64,000 nucleotides of DNA from Candidatus Latescibacterota bacterium (lineage in GTDB: Bacteria > Latescibacterota > UBA2968 > UBA8231). The position numbers and the translations under genes are program-made. The notes under the pieces are model-generated. The model was not told the origin of the DNA, did no database searches, and was given only the letters and a program-made list of their open reading frames with translations. The stretch is taken from assembly GCA_965242865.1 (NCBI GenBank), contig CBDETK010000013.1:992001-1056000 (forward strand), read 5' to 3'. Of this stretch, positions 10,804-19,569 are shown piece by piece (the stretch's first letter is position 1; the number at the start of each line of letters is the position of its first letter).

Positions 10804-10996
10804 AATAACTTCCTTTCATGGGCCGTTGCACGACGCGCAAATATGATGCGCGTCCAGTCGCCTCGCTTTACATAAACGACCAGCAAAATACGTTGCCGAA
10901 ACGAGTACCCAAGAACGAAATCCCATTGCTCGGCACCCGTGGATGCGTCACCTATTTGACAAAAACGATCGAAGAAGACTTCGGCGGCTTCTTCAA
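10800..10996 (-). pseudogene. BrnT toxin remnant lacking its N-terminus
   Basis: Manual translation EEAAEVFFDRF...ILLVVYVKRGDWTRIIFARRATAHERKLL*; stop overlaps the next start (GTGA); no in-frame start. Confidence 0.75.
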
Positions 10997-11020
10997 GCGT
11001 CCTTGTGCAGGAATTTTGAC

Positions 11021-11125
11021 TTACCCTTTATCTGTTCCATCTTCTTGTTCAAACTCTAACTCATCGAGAACGAGCATGTTCACACCCTTGACGCGTTTGA
11101 GTGCTTTATCGTTGGTTAAGAAAAC
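11021..11125 (-). pseudogene. C-terminal remnant of a PIN/VapC toxin
   Basis: Manual translation VFLTNDKALKRVKGVNMLVLDELE matches a typical VapC C-terminus. Confidence 0.55.
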
Positions 11126-11192
11126 CTGAATGAATAGGCGGCACGATGCCCCCCGAATGATGTTTACGCCCGCGTGGCGCAAACGAAAACGA

Positions 11193-11459
11193 CTAAGAAA
11201 TTCCCTTTAAGTCCGCTGGCATGTCAAGAACCTGAACCACGTTATGCGTCCCAACCAAATACAAAGGGTTTCCAAAATCATCTTTACGCTCGTCAAAACG
11301 AATAACCTCGGTTATACACGCCTTAAAACTAAGCGTTGACCCGTCCGCGAGTTTTATTTTCGCAAACTGTTCGTTTGATTGAAGTATCCCAATCTTTTTT
11401 CCAGTTTTCGGATCCGGAACATCAGGCGCTTCCGACACTTCAGATACCATGTCCATCAC
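11193..11459 (-). CDS. Small hypothetical protein
   Basis: 88-aa ORF with RBS; LADGSTL...EVIRFD...GNPLYLV looks like a conserved beta-rich family. Confidence 0.65.
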   Translation of the reverse strand: MMDMVSEVSEAPDVPDPKTGKKIGILQSNEQFAKIKLADGSTLSFKACITEVIRFDERKDDFGNPLYLVGTHNVVQVLDMPADLKGIS

Positions 11460-11548
11460 TCAATCCTTTCTCGTTCCCACTAGCACACTTAACACAAAAA
11501 CTCAATCCTTTCTATTTAATTTATAACAAATACGCACAAAACACACAA

Positions 11549-13294
11549 TTACCTCCCATCCAACATATTCCAAATATCAGGATCAACAGGTCGCCTAACT
11601 ACATCCAACGGCAACTGACCCAAATTATTCGCAATACTCTGCGAAGCTCCTCTATCTATCAAGAGTTCAATACACTTCTTTGCGCCTGCATTACAAGCAA
11701 TATGCAATGCAGTCCGACCCAACTTGTCTTGTGCATCAACACTCTCTGCCCCAAACAACCGCAATTCCTCAAACCGATCCAGAAACAACTGCAACGATCC
11801 TAAATGAAAATCACCAAACGATGCGATATGAATAACAGTCAACCCAAACGAAGTCTTAGCCAAGACATCAGCACCCCGATCCAGCAAAACACGTGACACA
11901 GACGGATCATCAAATCTTGGATTGTTTGATCCTGCGGCATCAAGCAAGGGAGTATAACCCTCTCGGCCCTTTTTCTCAATCTCCGCCCCCGCATCTAACA
12001 AAATAGGAACAACACGATAAGAATTAAGATGAGCAGCCCATTTCAAAGGAGTAATATCATCACCATACAGCGCATCTATTACAGCCCCCCCTCTAATTAA
12101 ATCACGCATAACATGATCAAAATCCCGATCCGCAGCCAAATGCTGATCCGTCATGCCCTTAGTAAACTGTTCCTTATAATGATCTTTACCTTTTAACCGT
12201 ACTATTTCACCCCATTGTCCTTCGGCATCACGAGGCGGTATATACCTCCCCTCCTCCTCTACTTTGTTAAAACCAAATTCAGCCAGATCGGTTTCAAACC
12301 CATTACCAATTAACGAAATGCTTTTACACCGAATAACACCAGTACCCACAGGATCACAACGATTAAAAACAAGACTTCCTGGCGGCAAAGAAGTCAAAGC
12401 ATCATACGCTCTAACAGCATCCTTATCCTTAAATAAAACCGTCAACTCTGGCTTACGAGGCATTTTACCGCATACCCAATCCATCCAAAACCGAAACTGC
12501 AACTCTTTCTCCCCTTCTTCCTCTGACCACATCATCTTTATATTATCCAAATCCACACATAGATTCACACCCCAGCCATTCTCTTTCATGTCAAAATCAA
12601 TAAAAGAAATGCCTTGCAGCTTATCTTTTTTTGGTGCCCGTCTATCCCATACAAGCCAACGATACAAAAACGGATCCTTTTCACTCGTACACTTATACTT
12701 CTCCCTTAAAATCCACCATATCAGGTTGCCAAGGTGCAAAGAAAAAACTCGAAACGAATACATCATGCCACGAAATTCATCATCCCCTAAGTCAGAAGGA
12801 AAACCCTCGCCCTCATATTGAACCATATACTTCAAGCGAGAATACCGCTCAATAGCACAACGTAAATTCTCATCCGTCTCTATATCCACAACTAGACATA
12901 AGTCTTGAACTAATCGGTCATTCTTAGTCTCTAAATAGTCCAAAATTTTTTTTAGATCATGAGTACGATCCTTAACTGCACCCTCACCATTCTGGCGCAT
13001 AGACTTATCAAAAATTATACCTGGATGGTTCCAGCCATACCGCAAAATCAAATAAGCCTTCAATGCAGTCTCAATTAGATATGCAGCATTTTCAAGCCAA
13101 CTAAGCACATCAGCCCTTTTTTCCTTATCCCCATCCAATACATCCTTAGAAACAGGCGGCCTTAACCACACCTTCCAATCCAAGCGGTTCGCAAATAGAT
13201 CAGCATCCCGTTTCTTTCGGGCAACGTATTCACAAAAATCATACTCAGCCTTAAACCCCGGATCAGCAGGCTCAGTACGAATCGGCTCCTTCAT
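11549..13294 (-). CDS. HEPN-like domain + unknown middle region + C-terminal ankyrin repeats
   Basis: AYLIETALKAYL...THDLKKIL HEPN-like signature; GYTPLLDAA and GRTALHIAC ankyrins; AGGAG RBS. Confidence 0.75.
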   Translation of the reverse strand: MKEPIRTEPADPGFKAEYDFCEYVARKKRDADLFANRLDWKVWLRPPVSKDVLDGDKEKRADVLSWLENAAYLIETALKAYLILRYGWNHPGIIFDKSMRQNGEGAVKDRTHDLKKILDYLETKNDRLVQDLCLVVDIETDENLRCAIERYSRLKYMVQYEGEGFPSDLGDDEFRGMMYSFRVFSLHLGNLIWWILREKYKCTSEKDPFLYRWLVWDRRAPKKDKLQGISFIDFDMKENGWGVNLCVDLDNIKMMWSEEEGEKELQFRFWMDWVCGKMPRKPELTVLFKDKDAVRAYDALTSLPPGSLVFNRCDPVGTGVIRCKSISLIGNGFETDLAEFGFNKVEEEGRYIPPRDAEGQWGEIVRLKGKDHYKEQFTKGMTDQHLAADRDFDHVMRDLIRGGAVIDALYGDDITPLKWAAHLNSYRVVPILLDAGAEIEKKGREGYTPLLDAAGSNNPRFDDPSVSRVLLDRGADVLAKTSFGLTVIHIASFGDFHLGSLQLFLDRFEELRLFGAESVDAQDKLGRTALHIACNAGAKKCIELLIDRGASQSIANNLGQLPLDVVRRPVDPDIWNMLDGR

Positions 13295-13337
13295 TTTATT
13301 CTCCTACGGGTTACGCGCCAACACACGCTGACGCTGA

Positions 13338-14095
13338 GAAGCTGTCTAAAAACCCTGTGATGTATCGCGTATTTGAGTTGGCGTACTCATTGAGCCATCT
13401 TCAGGTTTCGCTAAAAAATCTGAACAGAAAGGCTCGTATAATGAGTACGCCGAGTGGTCAATATGCCACCGATGTAACTGATGCACAATGGCCGCCGCTC
13501 GGACCGTTACTGCCGGCTCCGATTTGGCGTCCCAACGGTCCGGGTCGGCCGCCGCACGGTCAGCACCAGATCGTCCATGGTATTTTGTATCTGACGAAGG
13601 CCGGCTGTCCTTGGGCGTTGTTGCCGCTTTGTTTGGGTCTTTGGAAGACGGTGTATGATGCCTTCCGCCGTTGGAGTCGCCAAGGGGTCTGGGCGAAGGC
13701 GTTGGATCGGCTCACGCAGCCGGAACATCGTCGTACCGGCCGGGCGGCTACGCCATCGCCGGCGGTATCGAAAGCCAGACGATAAAGACCGCAACCCAAG
13801 GTAAAACAACCGGATACGACGCCGGTAAAAAAAATCCAAGGACGCAAACGTCATCTATTGGTCGACTCTTTGGGCTTGCTTCGACAGGTTGTGGTCACCG
13901 CCGCCGATGTAGAAGACCGGGCGGGCTTGAAGCAGGGGTTGACCCGCTATCAGGCGACCGGCACCCCCGGTTACGCAACCGGGGGGCGATGGCGGCTATC
14001 GCGGCGAGGCGATCCGAACAGGGGTGGCCAATCTTAAAAAGACGTACAAGATAGACTTGGAAATCGTCGCCAAAATATAGTTTTCAGACAGCTTC
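13338..14095 (+). mobile_element. IS5-family (IS1031-like) insertion sequence, degenerate
   Basis: Terminal IRs GAAGCTGTCTAAAAA / TTTTCAGACAGCTTC flanked by a TGA direct repeat (13335-13337, 14096-14098). Confidence 0.88.
13441..14080 (+). pseudogene. IS5-family transposase, frameshifted and 3'-deleted
   Basis: YATDVTDAQW, GCPWALLP, WKTVYDAFRRW and GYDAGKK fragments in different frames. Confidence 0.88.
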
Positions 14096-14337
14096 TGAGT
14101 AAAAAACACGAACCTTGTATCAGATATAAAATACGCAAAAAAATCACAAAAAATACAAAAACGAAAAAATTTATTCACCCGCCGACCCAACATAAACCAC
14201 AAATTCCATATCATCCCGGTCCTCTATCGGAAACTCTTTAACCCGAACCACCTCGACACACAAAAACATGCCGGGCTGCACCCCTGACCGCGCCACCAAA
14301 GCGTTCAACGTAGGTGTCTCAAAACCGCACTCCACGC

Positions 14338-14955
14338 TTAATCAAGTATGTAATTCCCTTCTTTTAAAGTACTGCAATACTGGGCGATCTTTTCTGCTAC
14401 TTCATCTCTGAATTTTTCCAGCCGGGAGTCTAGAGATTCTCGCGTCTGTTGCAGCGACTCCTCCAACGCCTTGATACGTCGCTGTAGATGAGAATGAGGA
14501 ACCATGGCGTATAGTTGCTTCGCCACTTCTATGTCTAACTCAATCCGACCTATCGAATTGTAGAGGTAAGGGAGCCTCTTCCTGTACTCTTCCACCTTCC
14601 CCTCCACCAACTCATTGATCTCATCCCAGTCGAAGATGATAGGCGGCCGCTCCTCAGCAGGGGTTAGCTCAAACCCCCTCCGCCACTCCTCGGCTTTCTT
14701 CAGTAGAGCAGGCAGACGTTCCGGCCAGTCGTGGAGCATGTTCGGCGAGAAGTCGGCTCCGGTAGGCCAAGTCGGGACCCCATCGTCCAGATAAACTTGG
14801 TTGAACAGTTTGAGGTCCTTCAGAGGACTATATATCCGGCCCGATAGGATAGGACGAAGGTCGGCCTCTTGGCATGTGCCGTCCTCAAAGGAGGCCCGCA
14901 GTTTGTAGGGACCTATCACTTCGAGACGGATCACTTTATGGAGTTCATAATCCAC
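14338..14955 (-). CDS. DUF2442 domain protein with a C-terminal helical extension
   Basis: YKLRASFEDG...PLKDLKLFNQV...WPTGADFSP motif. Confidence 0.75.
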   Translation of the reverse strand: MDYELHKVIRLEVIGPYKLRASFEDGTCQEADLRPILSGRIYSPLKDLKLFNQVYLDDGVPTWPTGADFSPNMLHDWPERLPALLKKAEEWRRGFELTPAEERPPIIFDWDEINELVEGKVEEYRKRLPYLYNSIGRIELDIEVAKQLYAMVPHSHLQRRIKALEESLQQTRESLDSRLEKFRDEVAEKIAQYCSTLKEGNYILD

Positions 14956-15003
14956 TTGTTTTATAAAACTCCGTTAGACAGAGCCGGCTCAAGGTTTGCT
15001 TCC

Positions 15004-15366
15004 TCAAGCAATGTCGCGCACCAGCACCAAAATCGCCGCCTGCGGCACGACGATGAACTTCTCGTCGTCGAACTTGATTTCCACCGCGTCCTTGCGCAGA
15101 AAAATGGCGTGATCGCCCTTTTTGGCTTGGAGGCCGATGTAGCGCATCTGCTCGCTCCCCTCCTCCCAAGGCACACCGTCGTCATCGGCTTTCGGCGGCA
15201 GGGGAACGCCCGGCCCCACCTCTTCGACGCGCCCGCTTTGCACGTTCTCCTTTTCCAAAGCGGTCGGCGGCAAGTAAAGCCCCACGGCCGTGCGCTCTTC
15301 CATGTCGTCAACCCGGATTAACACGCGGTCGCCGACTACGTATAGTTCTTTGTCGCCTCGGATCAT
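15004..15366 (-). CDS. Co-chaperone GroES family protein (stand-alone)
   Basis: GDRVLI, TAVGLYLP, GRVEEVGPG. Confidence 0.85.
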   Translation of the reverse strand: MIRGDKELYVVGDRVLIRVDDMEERTAVGLYLPPTALEKENVQSGRVEEVGPGVPLPPKADDDGVPWEEGSEQMRYIGLQAKKGDHAIFLRKDAVEIKFDDEKFIVVPQAAILVLVRDIA

Positions 15367-15396
15367 TTTACCTCCCTTGGGTAATCCGTCGAGTTC

Positions 15397-16611
15397 CTAG
15401 GACGCCAGCCGCAAACACTCGCCGTAGCGCTCAAAGCACTCCCCTTCCTCCTCGGCTGGATCGACGTACTTGAGCCAAAGGGCGCTGTCCTTCTTGGCCC
15501 CGCTGAGGTCGCGGCGGCTGCCTAGCTGGCTGGGGTCCGCGCCGTTCCACACCACTTGGCCATCCTGCATATAAATGAACTCCCCCCGATAGCGGTCGAT
15601 GAGCGGCCGCTGTTGGTCTTGGTAGATCAGCCCCTGCTCGCAGGTGGTGCGCCGCCAGTTGGCCACGGTGGCGTCTGAGTCCGTGGCCACCGAGTCAAAT
15701 TCGGCCAGCGGCGCCTCGACCTCACTGGCAAAGTCAATCTCGGCCAAATCCACCGTGCCAAAGCCGCGCCCGGCCGCGATCAGCAGGTGATTGCGGTCGC
15801 GGCGGAAAGGCGGGGTCGGCCAATCGGATTGGGGATCGTGGCCCATCAAGACCATGCCGCAGGCGTCGGTTGCCACCGGGTGATCGCCGGCCATCAAGGC
15901 ATTGCAAATCCGGCCCTCGCCGCCCCATTCGCGGCCCCACTGGCCGGTCAGCGCCTCGACGATGTTGAGGCAGGGCTTGGTAATCAGGCCCAAGTCCGGC
16001 AAGACGTAGGAAAGCCGGATGATGTGGTGGTAGTACGAGCGCGTCCGCCCCTCCGGCGGGATCATCGGCGGCAGGCCAAAGAGGTTTTTCAAGGTCAGGG
16101 TAATGCCCATGAAGGCGTGGTTCTTCATCTTGGCGATGGACACCATCTCGTCGGCCTCGGCAAAGACCGAGTTGAGCACGTATTGGTCGAACATGCAGCC
16201 GCCATCGGGCACGGCAAAGGTGGTAAAGGGCGGCAAATTGCCATCGACAAAGCGGACGCCAAACTCGTCCAACAAGTAGCGGTAGTTGAAGTCGTCTGGG
16301 GTCACGTGACCGTTGCCGTAGGGATAGGTATCGACGGCCACGAGCTCGGCCGTCGTCCGCTCTCGCAACAGGCGCAACACCGCCCGCGCCATGGCGTCGT
16401 CGACCAACTCCCGGCGGCGCCCCGCGAAATACTCCACGCGCTCCGGCGGCTTAATCATGTTGAATTTCAGCGCGATCCGCCGCGCCCGGGCCAACTTCTC
16501 CCACGAGCGGTCCAGCGGGTCGGTCGTGCGCTTGAGCACTTGGTAAATCTCCTCGTCGCTGGCTTGGTGATCACAATGCGAAGCTCTGACTTTGTACTGT
16601 TTGTCGCTCAT
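15397..16611 (-). CDS. DUF362 domain protein
   Basis: IALKFNM, SIAKMKNH...ITLTLKNLFG, DHPVATD. Confidence 0.85.
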   Translation of the reverse strand: MSDKQYKVRASHCDHQASDEEIYQVLKRTTDPLDRSWEKLARARRIALKFNMIKPPERVEYFAGRRRELVDDAMARAVLRLLRERTTAELVAVDTYPYGNGHVTPDDFNYRYLLDEFGVRFVDGNLPPFTTFAVPDGGCMFDQYVLNSVFAEADEMVSIAKMKNHAFMGITLTLKNLFGLPPMIPPEGRTRSYYHHIIRLSYVLPDLGLITKPCLNIVEALTGQWGREWGGEGRICNALMAGDHPVATDACGMVLMGHDPQSDWPTPPFRRDRNHLLIAAGRGFGTVDLAEIDFASEVEAPLAEFDSVATDSDATVANWRRTTCEQGLIYQDQQRPLIDRYRGEFIYMQDGQVVWNGADPSQLGSRRDLSGAKKDSALWLKYVDPAEEEGECFERYGECLRLAS

Positions 16612-16732
16612 GGGACGCTCCTTTTGGGCCTTTTCACTGTGGGTACTAGGTGATATATTGAAAAACATATCGTGCGACTCTTCTATGTCAAGCCAGCCGC
16701 GCTTCCCGCTCATCCACAGCAAAGGACACCCC

Positions 16733-17560
16733 ATGAGACCGCTGGTCCTGTTCCACGGAGGCTGCAATGACGGCTTCTGTGCTGCGTGGATCTACCGCCG
16801 CTACGTCAACCCGCACACCGAGTTTAAGGCCGTTCAATACAACACCGATCCGCCAGCGACAGCGGGCCGCGACGTCGTCATCCTCGACTTTAGCTACGAG
16901 CGGGAGCAACTCATGGCCATGCGCGATCGCGCCCGCTCGCTCTTGGTCTTGGACCATCACGAGACCGCGGCCGAGGCCCTCGCCGGGCTCGACTATTGCG
17001 TGTTTGCCCAAGACAAGTCTGGGGCGCGCATGACTTGGGAACACTTTTTCGATCCCCGCTCTGAGGTCCGCATCGACGACGTCCCTTGGCTGGTATCCTA
17101 TACCGAAGACCGCGACCTGTGGCGCTGGGCCTTGCCCGATTCCAAGGCCATCAACGCGGCCCTCGCCTCGTACCCGCGCGACTTTGCCGTGTGGGACGAA
17201 ATCGCCGAGCGCGGTCCGCAAGCCCTCGTCGTGGAAGGCCAAGCCATTCTCCGCTTCCAACACCGGATCATCCGGCCGCGCGTACGCAATCACGGTTGGA
17301 CCACCATTAGCGGGTTCCGCGTCCCCATTACCAATGCCACGTTTCTGACCTCTGAGATCGGCAATGCCCTCGCCGAAGGGCATCCTTTTTCCGCCGTGTT
17401 TTTCGTCCGCCCGGACAACCGGGTCGTGTACAATCTGCGCTCCAAGGGAAAGGCGGCCGCCGATGTGGGCCGCATCGCGCGCGAGTACGGCGGCGGCGGG
17501 CACAGGCACGCGGCCGCTTTTACCCTAGAGACCATGTTGCCGATGGAGGCCGGGACCTAA
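16733..17560 (+). CDS. DHH/DHHA1 phosphoesterase (nanoRNase-like)
   Basis: CNDGF, LDFS, LDHH, GGGGH motifs. Confidence 0.9.
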   Translation: MRPLVLFHGGCNDGFCAAWIYRRYVNPHTEFKAVQYNTDPPATAGRDVVILDFSYEREQLMAMRDRARSLLVLDHHETAAEALAGLDYCVFAQDKSGARMTWEHFFDPRSEVRIDDVPWLVSYTEDRDLWRWALPDSKAINAALASYPRDFAVWDEIAERGPQALVVEGQAILRFQHRIIRPRVRNHGWTTISGFRVPITNATFLTSEIGNALAEGHPFSAVFFVRPDNRVVYNLRSKGKAAADVGRIAREYGGGGHRHAAAFTLETMLPMEAGT

Positions 17561-18361
17561 ATGACTCCCGAACAGCGCTACCTATTCGACCTCAACGGGT
17601 ACTTGCACCTTCCCAATGTGCTCAGCGACCGCGAACTAGCGGCCGGACGAGCCGCCATCGATCGCTACATGGCCACGCCCGACGACGAGCTGCCCGCGGG
17701 CTTTTCCCGCTCGGACGACGGCAAGTCCTACGCCAACGGCTTTGCTTTCGACAAGGCACTCGAATCCTTGCTCTTCCACCCCACCCTGTGGCCCATCATC
17801 AAGGAGTTCACGCACGACCGGCCCGCTTTTTCGCGGGGCACCTTGTTGGTGGATAGTCACCGGCACGAGCCGCTGCGCCTGCATTGCGCACGTGAGGACT
17901 TTGGCTGGTACAGTACGCGCTACGACACCCGCGAGGGTCGCATCTTCTGCGACGACTTCGTCATCTTCCCCTATTTTGACGACGTCTTCCCGGGCGACGG
18001 CGGCTTGCTGGTGGTCCCCGGCTCGCACAAGGCGGCGTTTGCGCGGCCGCCCAGCCTGTTCAACGGCGGCGTCACCGCCGAGCTAAAGGATGTGCCGGTT
18101 GGCGTCGTCAATGTGACGCCGCGGGCCGGCGATGCTGTGGTTATGACGGAAATGCTGGCTCACGGGACCTTGCAATGGCAGCCCAAAGATCGCCTGCGCC
18201 GCACCTTGGTGTTGCGCTACCGGCCCCAATTCAAGGGCCAAGCCGCGGTCCCGGACGTCCTCTACGACCGCTTGTCGCCGCAGACGCTAGCGCTGATGGC
18301 CCCGGCGCACTACACCCATGTCAAAGAGATCGTCAAGCAAGATGTGGTGCGGCTCACCTAA
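17561..18361 (+). CDS. Phytanoyl-CoA dioxygenase family protein
   Basis: FDLNGYLH, GGLLVVPGSHK, AGDAVV...HG. Confidence 0.85.
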   Translation: MTPEQRYLFDLNGYLHLPNVLSDRELAAGRAAIDRYMATPDDELPAGFSRSDDGKSYANGFAFDKALESLLFHPTLWPIIKEFTHDRPAFSRGTLLVDSHRHEPLRLHCAREDFGWYSTRYDTREGRIFCDDFVIFPYFDDVFPGDGGLLVVPGSHKAAFARPPSLFNGGVTAELKDVPVGVVNVTPRAGDAVVMTEMLAHGTLQWQPKDRLRRTLVLRYRPQFKGQAAVPDVLYDRLSPQTLALMAPAHYTHVKEIVKQDVVRLT

Positions 18362-18379
18362 ACGAGGTCAAATCCAAGC

Positions 18380-18421
18380 AAAACAGGCACCTGCGATGGC
18401 TCGCAAGTGCCTGTTTTTTTT
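18380..18421. terminator. Bidirectional intrinsic terminator
   Basis: AAAACAGGCAC...GTGCCTGTTTTTTT between the dioxygenase gene and the convergent tRNA. Confidence 0.8.
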
Positions 18422-18496
18422 GGTGAGCCCACTGGGAATCGAACCCAGGACCTACGGATTAAAAGTCCGGTGCTCTACCAGCTGAGCTATAGGCTC
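18421..18496 (-). tRNA. tRNA-Lys (UUU)
   Basis: Reverse complement GAGCCTATAGCTCAGCTGGTAGAGC...CTTTTAA...GGTTCGATTCCCAGTGGGCTCACCA; 76 nt with CCA. Confidence 0.97.
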
Positions 18497-18666
18497 TATC
18501 GGGGTTGTATGTAATTCAAAATAGGCGGTTTGCATCCCTATCGCAAGGTTTCCGCCCCCGCGCTCTGGACCGTTTACTACGCGACACCAGCCCTCGTCGA
18601 GGGCGGGACGGGAACACCAGAAAAGGCGGCCTCAAAGCAAGGGGCGCGTACTTAGGCTGGACAGAC

Positions 18667-18704
18667 AAAAAAGCCCCAGCTTGCGGTAAGCGGCAAGCCG
18701 GGGC
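18667..18704 (-). terminator. Intrinsic terminator of the coiled-coil gene pair
   Basis: GCCCCGGCTTGC-loop-GCAAGCTGGGGC-TTTTTT on the minus strand. Confidence 0.75.
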
Positions 18705-18732
18705 AACGCGGGATTGGAATTGTAATCGGTAT

Positions 18733-18957
18733 TTAAGGGATGGCGTATTTGAAAACAATTTGAATCAAGACCAGCACCACGGGCACTCCGATGCCTATCG
18801 CCTTGATCGCCATCCGCACTTCGCCCTTGAGTTCGGCTACGTCCTCTTTGGTCGCCAAACCCTTTAATTCACCTTTGAGTTCGGCCACATCCTCCTTAGT
18901 CGCCAGATACTTATGAGTGCCTTCTAAGCTGGCGACCCTTTCCGTTACTTCTGCCAT
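18733..18957 (-). CDS. Short LATKED-type coiled-coil protein with C-terminal TM (DUF1640/CCDC90-like)
   Basis: 2x LATKEDVAELKG followed by a hydrophobic anchor; AGGAG RBS. Confidence 0.8.
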   Translation of the reverse strand: MAEVTERVASLEGTHKYLATKEDVAELKGELKGLATKEDVAELKGEVRMAIKAIGIGVPVVLVLIQIVFKYAIP

Positions 18958-19055
18958 TGCGTTGCTCCTGTCTAGTGGGTACGGGCAATATAGCTCTATT
19001 CAACAGCGGTAAGCGGCAAGCCGGGGCAACGCGGGATTGGAATTGTAATCGGTGT

Positions 19056-19511
19056 TTAAGGGATGGCGTATTTGAAAACAATTTGAATCAAGACTAGCAC
19101 CACGGGCACTCCGATGCCTATCGCCTTGATCGCCATCCGCACTTCGCCCCTGAGTTCGGCCACATCCGCCTTGAGTTCGCTAACTTCCTCCTTCGTCGCC
19201 AAACCCTTGAGCGCCCCCTTGAGTTCGGCTACATCCGCCTTGAGTTCGCTAAACTCCTCCTTCGTCGCCAAACCCTTGAGCGCCCCCTTGAGTTCGGCCA
19301 CATCCGCCTTGAGTTCGCTAACCTCTTCCTTCGTCGCCAAACCCTTTAATTCCCCCTTGAGTTCGGCAAAGTCCTCCTTGGTCGCCAACCCCTTGAGTTC
19401 CCCCTTGAGTTCCCCCTTGAGTTCCCCCTTGAGTTCGCTAACCTCCTCCTTGGTCGCCAGATACTTATGAGTGCCTTCTAAGCCGGCGACCTTTTTCGTT
19501 ACTTCTGCCAT
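19056..19511 (-). CDS. Long LATKE-type coiled-coil paralog with expanded repeats
   Basis: Near-identical termini to 18733-18957; 5 LATKE motifs; 69-bp and 12-bp internal repeats. Confidence 0.85.
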   Translation of the reverse strand: MAEVTKKVAGLEGTHKYLATKEEVSELKGELKGELKGELKGLATKEDFAELKGELKGLATKEEVSELKADVAELKGALKGLATKEEFSELKADVAELKGALKGLATKEEVSELKADVAELRGEVRMAIKAIGIGVPVVLVLIQIVFKYAIP

Positions 19512-19569
19512 TGCGTTGCTCCTATCTAGTTGGTACGGGCAATATAGCACTATTTAACGCCGCGTCCAG

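Noticed and set aside
15004-15366. GroES without groEL as a novelty
   Set aside because: Stand-alone GroES-like paralogs are already known in several phyla.
19140-19450. Regular repeats that could be a CRISPR or guide-RNA array
   Set aside because: The repeats are multiples of 3, in frame within a protein, have no unique spacers, and no cas genes are nearby.
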